NCBI RefSeq assembly: GCF_009914755.1
Contig: NC_060932.1
Source: the human T2T-CHM13v2.0 reference genome, Homo sapiens
Length of the DNA stretch: 64,000 nt
Strand: one strand, 5' to 3'
Each line of letters starts with the position of its first letter. The first letter of the stretch is position 1. Positions 1 to 15,921 of this stretch are shown in pieces. The notes under the pieces are model-generated. The model saw only the letters and a program-made list of their open reading frames with translations. It made no database searches and was not told the origin of the DNA. Both the position numbers and the translations under genes were made by a program.

Positions 1-254
<254 letters not shown>

Positions 255-1664
255 TCATCCTAAACCCAGAAGATAGGAGACCCCAAACTATCACCACCAC
301 CACTGGCTTCAGCTGCAGGCATGTCTAGTTTGGTCAGCAAGCCCAGTGTGTAAAAAAAGAAGTCAATGATGATGTCTTTGGGGAAGGCAGGTGCTCTCTC
401 CTGTTCTATATCTGATCCTGCAGCTGTACCCCAGAGCTACCTGCCTGGCCCCAGACACATGCAGTCTGTGGCTCCCACTCTATCACTGCCTTCCTACTCC
501 TCCTTCATTTATGAGTCTGTCTCCCACTTCTAGATCCTGAGCAATTGAGGTTTTTGTGTTTGGGGTACAAACTCCCTCAAGCATCAAGGGCTTTTGATAC
601 TTTTTAGAAAGACTATGCTGGAAATCAATACAGAAGATTAGCAAGACTGGAAGCAGGGAGACTAGTTTAGGGGCAGCTGTAGAGATCTAGCTGGGAAACA
701 ATGAGGGCTGGAGCTAAGGTCAAGATGTAGGATCGAGAGGAGGAAACGGAGAGACGATGAATATAAGAGAGACTGGAGATACAGGAATAGGTTAAGTCAA
801 GGCAGGCCCGAAGAGCTAGCAGCCAAAATGGGAGTGCTTCCGTTTCTCAGCTCAGAAAGGGTCAGACACCATAACCCAAGCACAAGAACGTTCTGTCCTT
901 TGAAAGGTCCTAGAAACTTTCTGACTCTTCTTCATGTTTATAACTTTGTCTTTTCTCTTGTATGTTTCTCTGGAGGATTAGAGCTAAAACCTTCCAGAGG
1001 AAAAGGGCCTGGGAGCTTGCCCCCAGGCAGCAGGATGTGAGTGTGAGAAGACAGTGTCCCCTCTGCAGCCCCACTCAGCAGATGGAAAAGGGGTCTGGGA
1101 GGCAGAGCTGCTGAAGAAGGATGAAGCCTTCTGGGTCTTGTCCTATTAGTCCTCAGACAGTGGACTACAACTCATGTCTGGGCCCTCTGCACCCAGAATT
1201 AGCCCTGATGGAGCACTGGTTTCAAGAATTTTCCCTGTGGGAGAATAGGAACCTTCAAGAACTCCCCTGTCACCTGCACACCTAGGTATGACCTGTTTCA
1301 GACTCTGCCAAGCCCCACTTTCCTTCCTGCTCCCAACGATGGGACATCCAGTAATAAAGCATTTTACATATTTCCAGGCCACATCCCTGGCTAAGTTCCA
1401 AGGAAGTGACAGCAGCCTTCCAGGAGATCTCTGGAAAATTGGTGCCCCCAGGGAGGGTGAAATCAAAGAGGCCCTGGAGGATTGGCTGTATCTTAGGTTC
1501 CTTGGTTGTTCTCCCAGCAAATGCCAGTACCTCTGCAGATAATCATCCACAGAGTAAAACAACAGGCCAGAAGCTCCTGGAAGGTAACCGTATCCCATTC
1601 TCTGCTTTCCAAACAGAACCATCCCTAGATTCAGTTCTGGAGCTGGAGTTTAAACAAAGCTTAC

Positions 1665-1775
1665 CTCTAGGACTCTTTCAGCAGTGTCTGATGTTATAAT
1701 TTCGATTCTAATACTCTGTTCATTGGGCAGAAATATGTCCAGATAAGCTTTCTTGGTGGCGATGTCAAATGTATT
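1665..1775 (-). CDS. SNX31: SNX31 coding exon 5 ([37 protein letters not shown]), start of FERM-like F1/RA subdomain
   Basis: Pyrimidine tract TTTTGCTTTTCTTTTGCTTATAG|AAT, donor GAG|GTAAGC; 111 nt, phase 0-0; not in the ORF track, read manually. The gene continues beyond position 1. Confidence 0.94.
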
Positions 1776-1801
1776 CTATAAGCAAAAGAAAAGCAAAATA
1801 A

Positions 1802-2270
<469 letters not shown>

Positions 2271-2375
2271 TAACATGAAGCTTAAAGAACTTCCAAGTAA
2301 ACAACTGAGTATCTATATTGGAGAAAACAGCTTTTGATAAAGTCTGCATCCTTAACAGTCTCATAATTAACTTGC

Positions 2376-2399
2376 CCAGTTTTCAGTATTTCCAAGCAT
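2376..2399 (-). CDS. SNX31: Candidate alternative first coding exon of SNX31 (MLGNTENW) with GC donor
   Basis: GGG ATG CTT GGA AAT ACT GAA AAC TGG|GCAAGT; phase 0, compatible with the exon 5 acceptor; lies just downstream of a same-sense MER21 LTR. Inferred, no transcript evidence here. Confidence 0.45.
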
Positions 2400-2425
2400 C
2401 CCTAAAGCCCATATCCCTGATTTTT

Positions 2426-3310
2426 TCTGACACTAATTGTGGGTGGGGGCAGGGGGAAGGTGTTTCCATGTAGCAACCAATTCTCCAGTTCTTGAACATC
2501 ACAATGGCTGTCCAACAATTCAATTCAATTATGACATGCTTTGCTTGGAGTTGGCATCAGATCCCTCACGTTTAAGGGCTCAGCTCCACAAGACTACCCC
2601 CTTCACATGCCAGCAGCAAATATGGGGCCCAAGTTACCCACATTTCTGCCCAGCTGACTACAAATTCTGGTTTCCATGACCCCCTCTCAGGTTTGATAGT
2701 TTGCTAGAACAACTCACAAAGTGAAGGAAAATGGTGTACTTACTATTACTGGCTTATTATAAAGGCTACAACTCAGAAACAGCCAAACGGAGGAGATGCA
2801 CAGAGCAAGGTGTGGGTGGGGTTTCCATGCTCTGTTTGGGTGCCCCACCCTCCCAGCACCGCCACTTGCTCGCCAACCTGGAAGCTCTTCAAACCCCATT
2901 GCTTAGGGGGGTTGTTTATGGAGGTGCCGTTATGGAAGCTCCTCAAACCCCATTGCTTAGGGGTTTCTTATGGAGGTCTACGACACAGGCATAATTGATT
3001 AAATCATTGGCCACTGGTGACGAAACTCAATCTCCAGCCACTCCCCCTTCCCAAGAGGCCGAGAGTTGTGGGGTGGGGGCTGAAAGTCCCAATCCTCTAA
3101 TCATGCCGTGGTCTTTCAGGTGACCAGTCCGCATCCTGATACTATCTCGGAGTCCCCCAGCCAAGAATCATCTCATCAGCATAAACTCAGGCAATGTTGA
3201 AAGGTGCTTGTTATGGATAACAAAAGGCAGTCCTAACGCTAAGGAAATTCCTAGGAACTCTGTGCCAGGAACTGGGGACAAAGATCAAATTGGTTTTGTA
3301 TTATGCCACA
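2426..3310 (-). mobile_element. MER21-family solo LTR, same sense as SNX31
   Basis: Minus strand begins TGTGGCATAAT...TCTTTGTCCCCAGTTCCTGGCACAGAG and carries MER21-like blocks (GGGATCTGATGCCAACTCCA, AATTGAATTGAATTGTTGGACA, GTGTCAGAA). Confidence 0.75.
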
Positions 3311-4084
3311 CTAAATATGCAGTAATTTATGATTTTGCTATAGCAAAAATCTGAGCTGCACAAACTGTGAGGCCAGTGAAGGGAAGTGAGTTGCCATCTA
3401 GTGAGTGAGTTTCCAGCTGAAGGAGCAGCTCCTGCTGGACACAACTCTGCAGGCTTAAGCATAAGCATCCTGCAAGGGGAAGGATGTGTGCTAGAAGCAG
3501 GAACAAATCTGGGGATCTGTGACATTCTTGGGATGGAGCTGGAGACATTGTTAGGCCATCAGAGTTCAGGGAAGCACAGGCTGAATTGTTACTCCAGCTG
3601 CTATAGGGAGAGGGAGGACACCAGGAGGAAGCAGGATCCAGAGAGGCCAGCGGCTGCCCACATGGGGCCTTGCAGGGCAGCGATCTGGGGGTGGATTGTT
3701 CCTTGGCATCTCCTAAAGGCGATGCTGTCAGTCCACAGACCTGCTTCATCTCTGGCTGATTGAGGTCACAGCCTTTCTCATCCCAGATTCCCTGAGAGGA
3801 TTAAACTCTAATGCCCCAAGGCATCCACAGTATACAATAAATTAACTTCTCTCCTAGGCATTCAGAATGGTACTGGCCATGTAACATCCTCAGGAAAATG
3901 GAGAAAGGAGTCACATCATCTTCTGTGTTTGGAGACTGCTATGTAAGCCAGAATACTAGTCACACAGTGCAGGTGGGAGCGGCCGGGAAGTAACCTCCTT
4001 TTTTTTTAAGACTAATACATTTATGGTATACACCTGAATTTGTGTTGCGGAAATCTGATACCCATTGCACACATTCTGTATCAT

Positions 4085-4190
4085 GTTTAAAATAATTTCA
4101 ACTTTTATTTTAGATTCAAGGGGTACACTTGCAGTTTTGTTACACGGGTTTATTGCGTGATGCTGAGGTTTGGGGTACAATTGATCGCAT
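4085..4190 (-). mobile_element. L1 (L1PA/PB) 3' end fragment
   Basis: TTTCAACTTTTATTTTAGATTCAAGGGGTACAC...GGTTTGGGGTAC matches the antisense L1 3' terminus. Confidence 0.7.
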
Positions 4191-4849
4191 CACCTTCCAG
4201 GTGTCAGCATGTAAAAGGGAAGATCCAAATGACCAATCAGGAGATTACTGGGGGACCACAAAGTTGGGGCTCAGGTCAGCTGACCAGGTGAGACCCTGTC
4301 TCCACCATGGGCAACAGCTCCCCTTTCCTCAGGCCCCCTGACCTTTCAGACACAACAGATGCTGCAGTCTTCACAGGGACCTGGGGAGCCCCAGCAACTC
4401 AATCACATTGCTCGGTGACCCCAAAAGGCTGATCACATTAGCAACAGGCTTATTTTTCGTCATTTCATTATCAAAGGGCAAGTTTTGACTTTACATTTTA
4501 ATTCCTCCCCACCACATGCTTACAATTACTAAATTTCTATGATTCTGAATCTAAGTTCTTTAGAAGAGAAAATCTGCTCTCTTCTACATTCAAAGGATTA
4601 GTCCAAAAAAAGCACTATATTTGTGTGTTGTATCTACATATATAAGAAGCTGTGTATATAGCACATCATTTATGGATAAAATATCTATATATTTATTGTA
4701 TACAACTATTTTATTAGATTGTGATCCTGATCATTGGGCTCATTGTTTCACATATAGCAGCTCACTTAATTCTCATAACAACTCCATGAGGCATATACAC
4801 TTACTAATCCCATTATTTTTTCAGATGAAGTACAGGTTCACAAAGGTTA

Positions 4850-5283
<434 letters not shown>

Positions 5284-6269
5284 CTAAATAGGGTAAACAT
5301 CTCTCCCAGCTGGCCCAGAAGCCTGGCACCCCAGTGTGATAACTGCAGCACTCTTTTCACTCTCAAAAGCATCCCAGTTTGGATAAGCTATATGGCTGCC
5401 CTAGCTCTAAGCTACCATGTGTTAAGCTGCCTCTCTCCATGTAGAAGAGAGTTAATATTTGACTTACTGGCAACAGGTAAGAAATAACGGAGTCAAAGAA
5501 AGATTCAGAAAAGTCTTTTCAACACTCATATCCAGTCAAGTTCTGAAACCTCCATATTTCCCATCTTAAATGATCTCTTGAGACCATCTCCATCTTACCA
5601 CCAGCACCTTAGACCCAGCTAACATCCCCTCTGCCCTAGACTCCCCACTTCAATGGGCTCCTTACAAGTCTCCTTGCTTCCATTCTCCTCCCCTACCAAG
5701 TGGTCCTCACACAGCAGCCTGAGATATATTTTTTAAATGCAAACCTAAAAATGTCCCTTTCTTGCTTAAAACCCTCCAACATCCTAACATTATTCATAGG
5801 TCACCCGACTCTTTGCCATTGGTCAGGATGAGAGGAATTGGTGGCCCACTGCCCCTTACTTCCTTTCCTCCTCCTGTCTGGCACGTCCTCCAGGTTTCGA
5901 TGCTCAGTGCAATTCTCACTCCCTCGGAAGAAGGAAGGAAGGGCAGGGTCCTCGCCTTCAGCTGGGGCTGCTAATCTTGAAGCAAATGGAGGGAAGCTCT
6001 GTGAGAATAAAGTCAATGTAGAGAAGAGCAGGGTTTGGGGTAGAGGTGAGAAGTGGGAGGCAGCCAACCTTCCACAACTTTTTAGTTAAATAAACAAATT
6101 TCTGTTTTGTGATTTTGGCCTTGACAATGAAAATAACCTGACTAATCGGAAGTAGTTGAGTTCTACCTTCTCCACTCTAAATGCTTATTTGTAGAATGTT
6201 GTTGGCTTTTTTTTCACGCTTAATTAGTTTAAAGCCAGGTTAGATGGCTGCCTAGAAGATAAGCTCCTA

Positions 6270-6802
<533 letters not shown>

Positions 6803-7049
6803 CTAGCCCTCGACTGCATACTTATCCTACAGATATGTAAGAAGAGAATATTAAGGCTAAAGCCTCCAATGTTTTGTTTGATGTCGCAGTACTGGTTTTG
6901 GCTGAGGTAACCTCCTCTCAGTAAAGAACCTGCACATCAAGGGAGGTAAGAGGTTAAAGCGCCACCCAACCTGCTGCCATTGGCCAGGATGGACAAATCA
7001 GTTGGCAGCTGCACTCACCTTCCTTCCACCTTCTATCACACCCTACTGG

Positions 7050-7470
7050 TTTGTATTTCTCTGTTTTCACATTGCTATAAAGAAATACCTGAGACTCGGT
7101 AATTTTTATAAAGAAAAGAGGTTTAATTGGCTCACAGTTCTGCAAGCTGTACAGAAGCATGATGCTGGCATCTACTCAGCTTCTGGGAAGGCCTCAGGAA
7201 GCTTACAGTCATGGTGGAATGTGAAGGGCAAGCAGGCATGTCTTACATGGCTGGAGCAGGAGCAAGGGTGGGTGGAGGTGCCACACACTTTTAAACAACC
7301 AGATCTCATGAGAACTCACTCACTGTCATGAGAACAGCAACAAGGGGGAGGGCGCTAAACCATTCATGAGAAACCTCCCATGATCCAATCACCTCCCGCC
7401 AGGCTCCACCTCCAACACTGGGAACTACAATTCAACATGGGATTTGGGGGAGAACAGAAATCCAAACAGT
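7050..7470 (-). mobile_element. MST-family MaLR LTR
   Basis: TGTATT...ATTGCTATAAAGAAATACCTGAGAC...GGCCTCAGGAAGCTTAC...ATGATCCAATCACCTCCC...CCAAAC, typical antisense MSTA/B. Confidence 0.85.
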
Positions 7471-8213
7471 TCCCTCACCCAGTGGAATTCTGACTCACAT
7501 TCATCTTCAACCTCATCCACTTTCCCCAGGACTCCAGCCACACTCTCCTCCTCCCTCCTTCCCACCAGCTAACCTCACTTCCTATTAGTCACAGAGAAAA
7601 CAGCAAGATGGGAACTTACTCTGCTTCCCCTCACTGTCCAGCCTTGGACCCTGCCTGTAGCCTTGCTCTATCTTTCTTTGACCTACACTCAATTTAAAAG
7701 GTGCCCTTCCTCCACCTGATCCCAGACCTTGTGCAATTCTCCTTCCAGAAGGACTTGGAGCCACTGATAATCAAGGCCCCTCCTTCACACTCCCATCTTC
7801 CACTTCTCCTTCTCTACCGGCTCCTACTCACCAGCAGCAAACTTATTCAAGTCTCTGTCATCAAAAGCAACAGAAAGTCAGAGACTTTGGGTAGATCATC
7901 TCGAAGGGAAAGAAACTGATGTGCTTGACTATGGGGAAAATTCTGTCTTCAGGGCTGCTATAGGTACGGAAGGAGTTTAGTCATATGTTTTGAGACAACT
8001 AAGCATTTTTTTTTCTGTTAAGTGATTCAGTTTTAACTCCAGTTGGGGGGGAGGTGGGGGGATGCGGGGAGGAAAGAGGAAGGTGTTGACTCAGGACTTA
8101 ATTTTTTAAAATTAAAGTTAGGGGAGAAAGGAAGAATAGAAGTGACACAAGAAAGCTGAAATCCTCACATCCATCACAGTCAGTGGATAGGGTCTAAAAA
8201 TTGAAGAATAATA

Positions 8214-9174
<961 letters not shown>

Positions 9175-9989
9175 TAATGCAGCAGGAATGAAAAAATGCA
9201 ATTCATACTAGAAAACTAACAAAAATACATTCATTTTAAAGAAACCTCAAAATCCTCCAATACCATGGGCTGCCTTAATGTTTTAAAATACGTGCTTTGT
9301 TGCTATTCTGCTCTGAGGCAGAGGAACATTCTTAAGAATGTTTTCCATTTCCCTTGTAGAGAAATGACAGCGGCCCATCATTGCATGTGATGGAGGTTTA
9401 GAGCCTGGTGAGTCCACATATGGATTTTCTTGGATGCGCACCATGGCTATTAGACATTCCTCTGCCTCAGAGCAGAATAGCAACAAAGCACACCGATCTC
9501 CTTGAAAAATTAAAAGATTTCTCCAGTTGTTAAATTCAACTCAATTCAACTCAAAAAGAGCACATATTTTGAAAAGTGTTAAGGTTCTGGGAAGTGACTG
9601 TTACCTCTGTCCTGCCCTCTCTTTAGAAGCAAACAGAAAACAATGAAAAGGAAAGCATCCTTGAAGAAACTTACAAATAGCCCTGAGCCTGAGGTTTTCA
9701 GAAGGGCTGCCAAGTGCGTTGAAAATTGAACCTGGTCAGGAAGGAGGGAATCAGAGGTCTCAAAGTGCTGCAGAACTCAAGCAACGCATAAGCTGCCTCA
9801 AAGCAGTTAATCACATGGTGCTCAGCCTGTCTGAGAGCGCTACTCCGGGCCCCACTGGACACCACCTAGTGGCAGGGGATGCTGAAGAGATGTACAGACA
9901 CTCCATCTTTGCAAAAAGCAATCTCTCAGCATGGCTGGGGAAAGAAAAGGGACTGGCATTAAGATTTTGCTTTTTAAAACCTATATCTT

Positions 9990-10210
9990 GGCCAGGCATG
10001 GTAGCTCACACCTATAATCCCAGCAGTTTGGGAGGCCGAGATGGGTAGATCACCTGAGGTCAGGAGTTCAAGACCAGCCTGACCAACATGGAGAAACCCC
10101 ATCTCTACTAAAATACAAAAATTAACTGGGTGTGGTGGCATGCGCCTGTAGTCCCAGCAACTCAGGAGGCTGAGACAGGAGAATCGCTTGAACCCAGGAG
10201 GTGAAGGTAG
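9990..10210 (+). mobile_element. 3'-truncated AluS
   Basis: Alu ends inside the right arm (GGAGGTGAAGGT) with no tail; a MIR follows at about 10240-10445. Confidence 0.85.
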
Positions 10211-10639
10211 TGACTACCTCATATCTATTAACATTGTGCCGGATGATATGCTTTAAGGGTATCAGTTAATTTAATCCTCAAAGCAACCCCAAGAGACAGG
10301 AGCTCTTCTCCCCATTTTACAGATGGGGAAACTGAGGTACAAAAAGCCTAAGTAAATTGACCCAAGTCATATAAATCAAAAGTAGGGCAGCCAAAATTTG
10401 AACTGAGGCCATCTCACTACTTAGCCTGAACTCTTAACCCCTAGACCAGGTCGGGGGCTGCTGATCTTAGTCAATCAAAATATTTAGAAGGCTAGATCAT
10501 GATATGAGGAGCTGGGGTTTAAAGCTTTGCTGCTAGACAGTCTGATTAGGCCTTAGGGTAGCATGTTCATAAGAAAGTGCTCAGAAACAAGAAACAAGAA
10601 CTGGAAATACAACAGATTCGATGAATTCAACTCAGGCCC

Positions 10640-11110
10640 CCTCCCCAGTACTATGTGTCAGCAAACAGCTAGCTCACAACAGCAGCCTGTTTCAAAGTTG
10701 ATTGATGACTTAAAGATAACTGGCAAGGGATCTATGCAAAAATCCTGCAAGAAAGGAGGAAAGAAACATGACCAATGAAAGGCAAATAACATATACCAAA
10801 AGAATTACATCATTAAGCAGATGAAAATAAAAAGAAGGTGTTTCTGAATGAAGACCTCAAAGAATAGATAAAAGCCTCAAGAAATAAGATAACAAAAGGA
10901 TATAAAAGTGAGCTGGTAAAGTTCACGGAAGAAATGGAAGAGGAAAATAAAGCCATTACAAAAGTGAAAATTGTGTTAGAAAAAGTAAAAAGAGGCACTG
11001 AAAAACACAGCTAGAGGTATAAGGCTTTTGTATGAAGTCACAAAGGCAAAATATTAAGGAAATGAAATCAGGTATAAAACCTTTCAAATTATCAGGAAAA
11101 TAAGATACAC
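10640..11110 (+). mobile_element. Old L1/HAL1-like ORF1 remnant
   Basis: Strongly A-rich, degenerate K/E-rich reading; family assignment is tentative. Confidence 0.4.
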
Positions 11111-11116
11111 AAAACT

Positions 11117-11881
<765 letters not shown>

Positions 11882-11890
11882 ATTAAAAAG

Positions 11891-12800
11891 CAAGGGCTAA
11901 TATCCAGAATCTACAATGAACTCAAACAAATTTACAAGAAAAAAACAAACAACTCCATCAAAAAGTGGGCAAAGGATATGAACAGACACTTCTCAAAAGA
12001 AGACATTTATGCAGCCAAAAAACACATGAAAAAATGCTCATCATCACTGGCCATCAGAGAAATGCAAATCAAAACCACAAAGAGATACCATTTCACACCA
12101 GTTAGAATGGCAATCATTAAAAAGTCAGGAAACAACAGGTGCTGGAGGGGATGTGGAAAAATAGGAACACTTTTACACTGTTGGTGGGACTGTAAACTAG
12201 TTCAACCATTGTGGCAGTCAGTGTGGCGATTCCTCAGGGATCTAGAACTAGAAATATCATTTGACCCAGCCATCCCATTACTGGGTATATACCCAAAGGA
12301 TTATAAATCATGCTGCTATAAAGACACACACACACATATGTTTATTGCGGCACTATTCATAATAGCAAAGACTTGGAACCAACCCAAATGTCCAACAATG
12401 ATAGACTGGATTAAGAAAATGTGGCACATATATACCATGGAATACTATGCAGCCATAAAAAATGATGAGATCATATCCTTTGTAGGGACATGGATGAAGC
12501 TGGAAACCATCATTCTCAGCAAACTATCGCAAGGACAAAAAAACAAACACCGCATGTTCTCACTCATAGGTGGGAATTGAACAATGAGAACACATGGACA
12601 CAGGAAGGGGAACATCACACACTGGGGACTGTTGTGGGGTGGGGGGAAGGGGGAGGGATAGCATTAGGATATATACCTAATGCTAAATGACGAGTTAATG
12701 GGTGCAGCACACCAACATGGCACATGTCTACATATGTAACAAACCTGCATATTGTGCACATGTACCCTAAAACTTAAAGTATAATAATAATAAAATTTTT
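11891..12800 (+). mobile_element. 5'-truncated L1PA (about 0.9 kb): ORF2 C-terminus plus 3' UTR
   Basis: ORF 11978-12580 is the L1 ORF2p C-terminal cysteine-rich region ending MFSLIGGN*; G-rich 3' UTR; TSD AAAAAGCAAG at 11885-11894 and 12804-12813 with a TT|AAAA endonuclease site. Confidence 0.96.
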
Positions 12801-12856
12801 TTAAAAAAGCAAGTTGAAAAAATGTGTTGAGTGTGCGCTTGTTTGTAAAATAAAAT

Positions 12857-12858
<2 letters not shown>

Positions 12859-12894
<36 letters not shown>
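12859..12894. repeat. (GT)n microsatellite
   Basis: About 17-18 GT units. Confidence 0.95.
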
Positions 12895-12896
<2 letters not shown>

Positions 12897-13182
12897 TCAT
12901 GTACCCCTTAATGACATTTTGGTCAACAGCAAACTGCACATATGGCAGTAGTCCCACAAAATGATAGTACCATATTTTTACTGTGCCTTTTCTATGTTTA
13001 GATACACAAATACCAAGGTGTTTCAATTGTCTACAGTATGCAGTACAGTAACATAGTATACAGGTTTGTAGCCTAGGGGCAGTAGGCTCTACCATCTAGG
13101 TTTGTGGTGTTCACACAATGACAAAATCGCCTAATGATGCATTTATCAGAACGAATCCACATTTTTAAGTGACACATGATTG
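12894..13182 (+). mobile_element. Tigger3a/MER7A-like MITE
   Basis: TAGTCATG...GGTCAAC...CTTTTCTATGTTTAGATACACAAATAC...GTTTGTAGCCTAGG...CACATGATTG; same family as 120-239. Confidence 0.75.
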
Positions 13183-13260
13183 TGTGTGTGCATGTATGTG
13201 TATATATATGTGTGCATGTACATATATATGTATATATATGCATGCTTATATATGTGCAGA
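13181..13260. repeat. Mixed (TG/TA/CA)n microsatellite
   Basis: About 65 bp of alternating purine-pyrimidine. Confidence 0.9.
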
Positions 13261-14371
13261 AATGTGTAGCAAAAGAGCACTATAAACTATTAGACTATAC
13301 ACAACAGTTGTCACTGAGGAGGGGGATCATAAGGGAAGAAAAGTTACTTTTCATTGTATACGCTTGGCTATTTGAATTTTACTATCATCACCACTTCCAC
13401 AGCAAACTTTTCAAAGAATAGGAAAGTGTGTGTATATATAAACCATCAAGAAATTGTGAAAATATGAACCACTACAGAACAGAAGGCTCTAGGGCCATTT
13501 CTCAGGTTGACTGGGCCAGTAAATATTCCAACACATTTGAACCCCTGTTTACATGAGATTTGTTGTGAGAACCCAATGGGATTTTATTTTATAAATGAGT
13601 AAATGAATGAATGAAATGTGTTCTCATTTTTGCAAATCTGATCATTCCTCCCCTGGCTAAGGATCCAGTTAACTAGTATCATATTACTGCGGAACTTAAA
13701 TTCTTTCAGAGCTTTTCCAGCCAAGCTCATACATACAGGCATAACAATGTTTCCTTATGTGTCATTAGAATGAGTGTTGTGCTAAACAAACGTACTTAGC
13801 AGTTTCAGCCTAGGGAGCAAGTGACCCATGACTCTTTAGACCAACAAAGGAAAGGGAGTTGCTGTATGTCATTCTGTTCATGTTGAATTTTCTCCATGAT
13901 TCATTTACAATAAAGGTAGGAGTAGAGAATATACAAGGAATAGCCAGCATGGCCTGCTTTCCTGATGTCTTCACTGTGGCCCATTTGGAAATCTCAGCTA
14001 CAGAAGCAGGGTCACAGACATGTTATGGGAACCCTTAATGATAAAGGCTGTAGTTCTTGTACTGTACTTGAAGGTCCTCTTCTTCATGTCCTGTTTTGAG
14101 ATGTATGATTCTTAGGCTACAGAAAAAGGGATCTACTTAATAAAATGAGCCAAAGGTCAAGTGACACACTTCATTTTCCATCTAAAATCTAAACCTCCAA
14201 AAGAACAAAATAGGAACCATCCCCCAATTGACTTGAAATGAATATATTTTGTCCAAGTCCAGGCTCTGTGGGGCTGTGACCAGTGCACACATGTGTGTGT
14301 ACCTGCACACTTGGTTCATGAAGAGTGTCCTGCAGAGGAATGATGGCCCCATTAAAGAAGAGCAAGCTTAC

Positions 14372-14436
14372 CAGCTGCGCCAGTTTTAAAAACTCAACGA
14401 AGACATCACTTCTCAACACGTTTGGGTCCATGGTTA
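14372..14436 (-). CDS. SNX31: SNX31 coding exon 4 (VTMDPNVLRSDVFVEFLKLAQL), PX domain end
   Basis: Acceptor TTTTTCAG|TA, donor CTG|GTAAGC; 65 nt, phase 1-0, which completes the exon 3 frame; C-terminal PX 'EFL' motif. Confidence 0.95.
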
Positions 14437-14852
14437 CTGAAAAACATGGACGGTGAGCCAGGTTAGCATGGGCTGGGCTGGGCCCTGCCTATTAATTGCT
14501 ATGTCCTCCAGAGATCCCTCCATGCCTTGCCAGTGCTCTGTCTCCTCCCTGAAGTGATAAATGTTGAAACCTCTCAAATACAGGAAAACCCCCAAAGCTT
14601 GCCTCCTATAGGCAGCCTTAACAACAGGAACCCATGACACCCATCCAGGGTGACAGTGTTCCCAGGCATCTCACTTTATTTATACAAACCCATACTACTG
14701 AACATCCATTTTGCTGCCCTACCAGGATGATAATGAAGTTTATATGAAGAATCAGAAAGATCTTAAAACCTGCATCTAGACTCCCAGCCTAGCAAGACAC
14801 AGGGTAATTTGAAAATTTAATTCAACCAAGAAACATCAACTGAGAGCACCTC

Positions 14853-15921
<1,069 letters not shown>

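Noticed and set aside
626-645. ATACAGAAGATTAGCA, similar to U6 snRNA
   Set aside because: The match is under 20 nt, the flanks do not continue U6, and the context looks like L2.
1146-1699. 158-, 84- and 97-aa ORFs next to exon 5
   Set aside because: Intron 5 sequence with no recognisable homology; the strong donor at 1664 closes the exon.
11978-12580. 200-aa ORF as a host gene
   Set aside because: It is the C-terminus of L1 ORF2p in a 5'-truncated L1PA with no promoter, endonuclease or RT domain.
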